The notes beneath the pieces were generated by a model. The model was not told the origin of the DNA, did no database searches, and saw only the letters and a list, made by a program, of their open reading frames with translations. The position numbers and the translations under genes were made by a program. From IMG/VR virus record IMGVR_UViG_3300032050_000004, positions 1 through 64,000 of that record: a stretch of DNA of 64,000 bases; one strand, given 5' to 3'. Shown piece by piece: positions 58,959 through 64,000 of this stretch (its first letter is position 1; each line of letters starts with the position of its first letter).

Positions 58959-60077
58959 TTAATAGAAATAAACGTCAACATCGAATCCTTTTCCAGTTGA
59001 GCTTTGACATCCTTCATCATCCAAAATGCCGTAATCACCGTAACAGATATCCCAAACGAATTGCTGATTAAAAACCTTACCAACAATAATGCTCAATTTT
59101 TTTTCATCGAAAACTTCACCGGGATCCAACTCAAAAGATCCTTCAGAATATGCACCCCTGTCTACGGAACCCGTGTATAGATAACCTTTTCCCTTGTTGT
59201 CTTTCTTGTTTGGAACAAACTCGTCGTAAAAGCTTTTTTCCAGTCCCTTATATGTAACATTCCTTGTAATCTCCTCAACATAATCTCCATTCTTATATAC
59301 TGTGACATTTAACACAGAACTGTCAGAGTAGCATGCTTTTTCTTCGTGTAGAACATCATCTTGATCATACCATTTTCCAAAGTGAGTGTCTTCAGCCTCT
59401 TCATCATAATCAAAGTTCCAAAGATGATCCGAAAGTTCTGACTGAGCATCTGAATCTTCATCAGCGAATTTTGCCTTCCAGTACTTATATTGAGTATCGG
59501 TCATTTCAGCTACGCAGTTTTCCTTGCCGTAACCATAAACATGGAAGTCGATTTTGTAAACATCTGTTGAGGTATCAGAATTACTATTGTTATCATTTGA
59601 TAACATAGAATTAAATTCTTTTTCATCAATAATGTTGATACTAGAAATCTTTTTTGCTTCTTTCAATTTACTTCCAGCTTTTTCGCCAATAACAAGATAA
59701 TTTAGCTTATCACTTACACCACTAAGAATCTTGCCACCAAGGTCTTTAACTTTTTGCTCTGCATCTTTACGTTGCATAGTTGTCAAAGTTCCCGTAAAAA
59801 GAAAGTTTTTACCCGAAATTAAATTAGATACATTTTCAGCTTTAGTATCTAAAGTATTTTTTTTCTTGGTCGTAGTTTTAGAAACAGTTTTTTTCACCAC
59901 TTTTTTAGCAGGTTTTTTTACGACCTTCTTTGCTACCTTCTTAGCAACTTTTTTAGCAGGTTTTTTTACGACCTTCTTTGCTACCTTTTTAGCAACTTTT
60001 TTCGCTGGTTTTTTTACTGCTTTTTTTGCTGGTTTCTTAGCAACTTTTTTCGCTGGTTTTTTTGTTGTTTTAGCCAT
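58959..60077 (-). CDS. Histone-H1-like tail + BRCT + acidic domain protein
   Basis: KKPAKKVAKK repeats; FLFTGTL...RKDAEQKVKDLGGK..SGVS.KLNYLVIGEKAGSKL; acidic C-terminal domain. Confidence 0.8.
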   Translation of the reverse strand: MAKTTKKPAKKVAKKPAKKAVKKPAKKVAKKVAKKVVKKPAKKVAKKVAKKVVKKPAKKVVKKTVSKTTTKKKNTLDTKAENVSNLISGKNFLFTGTLTTMQRKDAEQKVKDLGGKILSGVSDKLNYLVIGEKAGSKLKEAKKISSINIIDEKEFNSMLSNDNNSNSDTSTDVYKIDFHVYGYGKENCVAEMTDTQYKYWKAKFADEDSDAQSELSDHLWNFDYDEEAEDTHFGKWYDQDDVLHEEKACYSDSSVLNVTVYKNGDYVEEITRNVTYKGLEKSFYDEFVPNKKDNKGKGYLYTGSVDRGAYSEGSFELDPGEVFDEKKLSIIVGKVFNQQFVWDICYGDYGILDDEGCQSSTGKGFDVDVYFY

Positions 60078-60115
60078 TTTGTCTATTTGTTTTTGGATTT
60101 GTTTTTTCTGTTTTT

Positions 60116-61009
60116 TTAAAAGAAATGTATTTCTGCATAGAAACCTTTTCCGGTTGAATCATAGCAACCTTCATCATCTAAATATTCTCCGTCATATATA
60201 ATTCCCCAAACAAACCTATCGTCAATAATTCGACCAATATTCAAACTTATTTTAGAAACATCAAAATTCTGTCCTTCGGGCAATTCAAACTCTCCATAAC
60301 TATACATGCCACGATCTGATGAATGAGTATAAAGATATGCTTGACCTTTATCATTTTTTTTATTTATTACAAATTCATCATAAAATTCTTTTTTTATCTT
60401 ATCATCTGTAACATCAATTTCAATTTCTTCTATTTCCTGATCATTCTTGAAGACGTTTATTACAAGTCTGGTACCTTCAGTATAATATGCTCTTTCAGCA
60501 TGAACTATAGAATCTTGATCATACCATTTACCAAAATGAGTTTCTGGTATTTCTGAGTCGTAATCATAATTCCACAAATGATCCTTCAATTCCTGTTGAG
60601 CATCATAAGAATCTTTTTTATATTTCTTTTTCCAATATTTTATCTGTGTATCATTCAAGCTGGTCACACAATTTTCGGCACCATAACCACCAATATGGAA
60701 TTTTATTTTATACTTGTCTTGTGTTTTGATTTCTGGAGTAATTATTTTTTTCTTAGCAACAGGTTTTTTATTTACAGTCTTTACAACTTTTTTGGAAACT
60801 TTTTTTGCTGTTTTTTTTACATTTTTTTTTGCTGTCTTAGTAGCTTTTTTTACTGTTTTCTTAACAGTTTTTTTTGCCGTTTTTTTTACGGGTTTAACTG
60901 TTTTCTTAACTGCTTTTTTTGTAGTTTTTTTAGCTGGTTTTGCCTTTTTAGCTGGCGAAGCTTTTTTTGCCGGTTTAGTTTTTTTCGGCATTGTTGCTTT
61001 TGTTGTCAT
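60116..61009 (-). CDS. Histone-H1-like tail + acidic domain (paralogue of 58959-60077 lacking BRCT)
   Basis: KKAKPAKK/KKTVKK repeats; shares FH..GYG.ENC...Q.KYWK...DHLWN.DYD...HFGKWYDQD with the neighbour. Confidence 0.8.
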   Translation of the reverse strand: MTTKATMPKKTKPAKKASPAKKAKPAKKTTKKAVKKTVKPVKKTAKKTVKKTVKKATKTAKKNVKKTAKKVSKKVVKTVNKKPVAKKKIITPEIKTQDKYKIKFHIGGYGAENCVTSLNDTQIKYWKKKYKKDSYDAQQELKDHLWNYDYDSEIPETHFGKWYDQDSIVHAERAYYTEGTRLVINVFKNDQEIEEIEIDVTDDKIKKEFYDEFVINKKNDKGQAYLYTHSSDRGMYSYGEFELPEGQNFDVSKISLNIGRIIDDRFVWGIIYDGEYLDDEGCYDSTGKGFYAEIHFF

Positions 61010-61013
61010 GGTT

Positions 61014-61499
61014 TTATTTTGTTTGAGAATAGTATGGATTAACAATTGGATTCATACTTGCTTTATTATAAGAGATATTTGCAACTGATATTTCTTCAAT
61101 TTTAGTATAATCAAAATTAATGTTTTGATTTTTTATAAATTTTACAATGTGATAAAAATTGTGGTGATCTGAAGGCGTTTTGTCTTCAATAGATGTTATG
61201 TAAGGTATGTTAGAATTTGCTTCGGAAACGACTGGTACCATACCAACTAGTTCAATGTTTTCAAAATTTTTTGACTTATAAACAACATAATATCCAGAAA
61301 CAGTATCTCCTGAAATTTTCCAACTGATTAATAAATTATTTCCAATATCTGAAATTTTTGCACTTCTTACAAATGTTTGATTAGGATTTATTATGTGATA
61401 TTGATTCAATATAGACATTATACTGCCCTGATTGTATTGGGCAAATGAATTATAGAAACTACCTACTAATAATAAAAAAATTATAAATGTTTTTTTCAT
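61014..61499 (-). CDS. Secreted hypothetical protein
   Basis: Signal peptide MKKTFIIFLLLVGSFYNSFAQ; Ig-like strands. Confidence 0.55.
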   Translation of the reverse strand: MKKTFIIFLLLVGSFYNSFAQYNQGSIMSILNQYHIINPNQTFVRSAKISDIGNNLLISWKISGDTVSGYYVVYKSKNFENIELVGMVPVVSEANSNIPYITSIEDKTPSDHHNFYHIVKFIKNQNINFDYTKIEEISVANISYNKASMNPIVNPYYSQTK

Positions 61500-61595
61500 G
61501 ATTCAATTACTTATTTGTAAGGGCTAAATTAGTAATTTTTCACAATAGAGCCAAATATATTAAAAATGGGCTATTTATATTAAAGGTACAAAATT

Positions 61596-62321
61596 ATGAA
61601 CTTGAAAATAGTTGATATTTTAAGAGAAGGTTTAAAAGACAAAAATAATTCACAAGTTGCTGATTTTAAACCAGTTAAGTTGGGTTATAAATACGATGAA
61701 TTAAAAGAATTTATTGATAGTGAAACTATGGATATTCATTATAACAAACATTATAAAGGATATGTAAAAAAATTGAATGAGCTTTTGAAGGAAAAGGGTT
61801 TTAAATTAAAAAAGGATGATGGAATAATCAGTTTAATATCTAGGGTTAATGGCTTGGGGAAAAAAATAAAAAATCAAGCTGGTGGTGTATATAATCATGA
61901 ATTTCTTTGGGAAATCATGACCCCTGATAAAGAAAAGAGAATTTTTGATGGTGAGATTAAAAAAATTATAGAGAATCAATATGGATCATTAGAAAAGTTT
62001 ATAGAAGAATTCTCTAATGAGTCAAAAAGCAAATTTGGTTCTGGTTGGTGTTGGGCAATTTTGAAATCTAACAACAGAATAAAAATAATGACCACGTCCA
62101 ATCAGGATAATCCAAAAATGAATATTTTTCTAACTAAGGATAAAAACGAAGAAGGTAATATTATTTACAAACCAATAACAGGTAAAATAATTTTAGGTCT
62201 AGATCTTTGGGAACATTCATATTATCTTAAATACAGAAATAAACGAGATGACTATATTAAAAATTTTTGGAAAGTAGTTAATTGGAAATACATAAACGAT
62301 CTAATAAAAAAAGAGTCCTAA
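61596..62321 (+). CDS. sodA: Fe/Mn superoxide dismutase (Mn-type signature) with tag-like N-terminus
   Basis: ETMDIHYNKH, AGG..NH, FGSGW.W, NQD, DLWEHSYYLKY.N.R.DY. Confidence 0.92.
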   Translation: MNLKIVDILREGLKDKNNSQVADFKPVKLGYKYDELKEFIDSETMDIHYNKHYKGYVKKLNELLKEKGFKLKKDDGIISLISRVNGLGKKIKNQAGGVYNHEFLWEIMTPDKEKRIFDGEIKKIIENQYGSLEKFIEEFSNESKSKFGSGWCWAILKSNNRIKIMTTSNQDNPKMNIFLTKDKNEEGNIIYKPITGKIILGLDLWEHSYYLKYRNKRDDYIKNFWKVVNWKYINDLIKKES

Positions 62322-62357
62322 AATTAGGACTCTTTTTATTATAATAAAATCTATAAT

Positions 62358-63602
62358 TTATCTAACGTTTACAGCAGGATTACCAGACGTTGTTTCTGAA
62401 GATGTACCAGCAGAATTTACAGCTTTTACTTTGAATCTGAATTTTAGATTTTTCTTATCAGTGGATAACATCTGATTTACTTCTTGTGCAGACCTTAATT
62501 GTTGCCCAGAGAATGTTGCATTGGTTCCAGCGACTGTTTGTGCCATAGAATTGATTGCTTTCTCAGCACTTCCAGAAATTAAAAGATATGGAGTTACTAC
62601 ATATGAAGTAGCACTTGATGAGGCATCCCAATTAACAGATACGGTTTGTGTGGTTGTATTAGATCCTGAACCCACATTGTTTGAAGTTGTAGTAACATTA
62701 GATGGGGCAGAAGGAAAAATTGGTGTTGAGCAAGGTCCAAAACCAGAAGATAAGTAAGTTATACCATTTGCAAAATAAGGATAAGTGGTACTTTGACCAG
62801 TTGCACCATTCCAATTAAATGGTATTACCAATGAATCTTTAAAACAATTAGAACCTTGATTCAACATGTAAAAATTAGCCGATATTGCTAAATAATAATT
62901 TCCGGGTGTTAGATTTGCTGGTAATTGTACTATACTTTGATCGTTAGATACATAATTTGGAAATATAACTAGACTATCACATACAATACAATTGTTATAA
63001 TAATTATCCATTAAATTTCTCCCGAATTGAGCTATTGTTGTATCAAGTGTTCCACATTGAGAAACTAACCAATCTTTCAATACATTAGGTGCAGTCCCTG
63101 TTGTTGGTGGTGCTCCAAAATATTGAGTGATATATGTTGTTTGACCATTATAAAAGGAAACTGCATATTCAGAGTTGTTTTGAATATTCCAATCTGTTTT
63201 TTTGTTCCAGTTTATTACATTTCCACAAGAATCTAAAATGTAAGCAGTAACAAAATTTGGTATATTATTGAAATCTAAATTGTTTGTGAATTGTGGATTA
63301 TAGCATGGATCGTGAGTAATACCATTTTGACCATAAGTTCCAAAATATGCTACACTAGAACCCATGTTGGCTAAATTGATTGGAAATCTAGCAAGCAAAT
63401 AAGGTTGTCCAACCACAAAATTTGCATTTGAACTTCCGCAATTTAAATAAAAAGAATCTTGAGATGTAACAACACCAGATTCAAATCTTAGTCCCCAATA
63501 AGGACTTACAATGTAAACAGAGTCTATAAGTACATCTGGGTTTTGAGCTTTACCAACAATACCTGTTAATAAAAGCATGAAGATTGATATTAATTTTTTC
63601 AT
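62358..63602 (-). CDS. Secreted protein with a degenerate lysyl-oxidase-like domain and a C-terminal FN3 domain
   Basis: Signal peptide; LARF...AN.G...; DQS...LP..L.PG.YYL.I.AN; PSAPSNV...W.....ATSY...Y.FRVKAVNSAG. Confidence 0.45.
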   Translation of the reverse strand: MKKLISIFMLLLTGIVGKAQNPDVLIDSVYIVSPYWGLRFESGVVTSQDSFYLNCGSSNANFVVGQPYLLARFPINLANMGSSVAYFGTYGQNGITHDPCYNPQFTNNLDFNNIPNFVTAYILDSCGNVINWNKKTDWNIQNNSEYAVSFYNGQTTYITQYFGAPPTTGTAPNVLKDWLVSQCGTLDTTIAQFGRNLMDNYYNNCIVCDSLVIFPNYVSNDQSIVQLPANLTPGNYYLAISANFYMLNQGSNCFKDSLVIPFNWNGATGQSTTYPYFANGITYLSSGFGPCSTPIFPSAPSNVTTTSNNVGSGSNTTTQTVSVNWDASSSATSYVVTPYLLISGSAEKAINSMAQTVAGTNATFSGQQLRSAQEVNQMLSTDKKNLKFRFKVKAVNSAGTSSETTSGNPAVNVR

Positions 63603-63718
63603 TTTTAAATTTTTAATTAAGTTTTCAAATACAAATTACACTTGTTTGAAAAAATAATCAATATTAAATTATTATATATTTTTTATTATATATAATTATT
63701 TTTAAAGAAAATAAAATT

Positions 63719-64000
63719 ATGTCATTGGAAGTAAACACAACAAATTTTGAAGAAATTATAAAAAATAAAGAAGAGTTAGTTTTAGTTGATTTCTGGGCTC
63801 CTTGGTGTGGACCTTGCAAAATTATCGGCCCTTTTTTAGACGAATTATTAATTCAATTCGAAAATAATTTGATAGTAGCTAAAGTAAATGTAGATGAAAA
63901 TCCAGAATTAGCAGCTCAATTCGGAATAAGAAATATTCCAACTATACTTTTTTTCAAGAAAGGTGAAATAGTTGATAAAAGTGTTGGAGTTAGCAATAAA
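63719..64000 (+). CDS. trxA: Thioredoxin (3' end runs off the window)
   Basis: LVDFWAPWCGPCK, KVNVDENPELAAQFGIRNIPT; not in the track. Confidence 0.95.
   Translation, partial: MSLEVNTTNFEEIIKNKEELVLVDFWAPWCGPCKIIGPFLDELLIQFENNLIVAKVNVDENPELAAQFGIRNIPTILFFKKGEIVDKSVGVSNK

Noticed and set aside
58959-60077. NAD-dependent DNA ligase (ligA)
   Set aside because: Only the BRCT domain is present; adenylation (KxDG), OB and HhH domains are missing.
59731-61088. Plus-strand Phe-rich ORFs 59731-60201, 60578-61042 and 60714-61088
   Set aside because: These are antisense shadows of the Lys-rich H1-like repeats (AAA read as TTT).
1-64000. Stop-codon reassignment as in Lak or some crAss-like phages
   Set aside because: Recognisable proteins (kinase, SOD, NUDIX, SET, peptidase) are full length in the standard code, and TAG and TGA both end genes at plausible points.

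Overview
Strongly AT-rich, gene-dense 64-kb segment that best fits a large (jumbo/mega) lytic phage of a Bacteroidota host. Host evidence: a T9SS C-terminal sorting domain, Bacteroidota-type lipoproteins and OmpA, and A-rich starts without Shine-Dalgarno motifs. No capsid, tail, terminase or polymerase genes, tRNAs or CRISPR arrays were recognised. Zone 1 (1 to ~20 kb) is an early/host-takeover-like array of small ORFs. Nearly every ORF has its own copy of one promoter-like motif, TTAAAC-N16-CGTATTGAT (~29 copies, ECF-sigma-like geometry). Eleven copies of an unexplained ~100-240 bp intergenic element punctuate this zone. The element is built from inverted 29-bp half-sites (ATGTAW-N16-CGTATATCT). 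The spacers between half-sites step by ~10 bp (8, 9, 19, 19, 19, 29), and the flanking GC-rich arms carry CWG/CNG triplets every ~10-11 bp. A cruciform-forming inverted repeat and A/T-tract repeats mark the zone boundary (~19.9-20.5 kb). Zone 2 (20-64 kb) holds accessory genes: a 12-repeat GIY-YIG endonuclease, GH108 lysozyme, PAS histidine kinase plus receiver, glycosyltransferase plus LpxH-like hydrolase, holin-like protein, NUDIX hydrolase, truncated class II aaRS paralogue, T9SS-type metalloprotease, OmpA, two FkbM methyltransferases, a SET protein, an M28/M20 peptidase, histone-H1-like/BRCT proteins, SOD and thioredoxin. About 18 otherwise unrelated proteins share an N-terminal amphipathic tag (LRxxIxxIIxE or EIxRMxELAGI). 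Sixteen of these have TATTTAT just upstream, suggesting a late-expressed, capsid-packaged cargo system. All family calls come from motif recognition by eye, not database searches.
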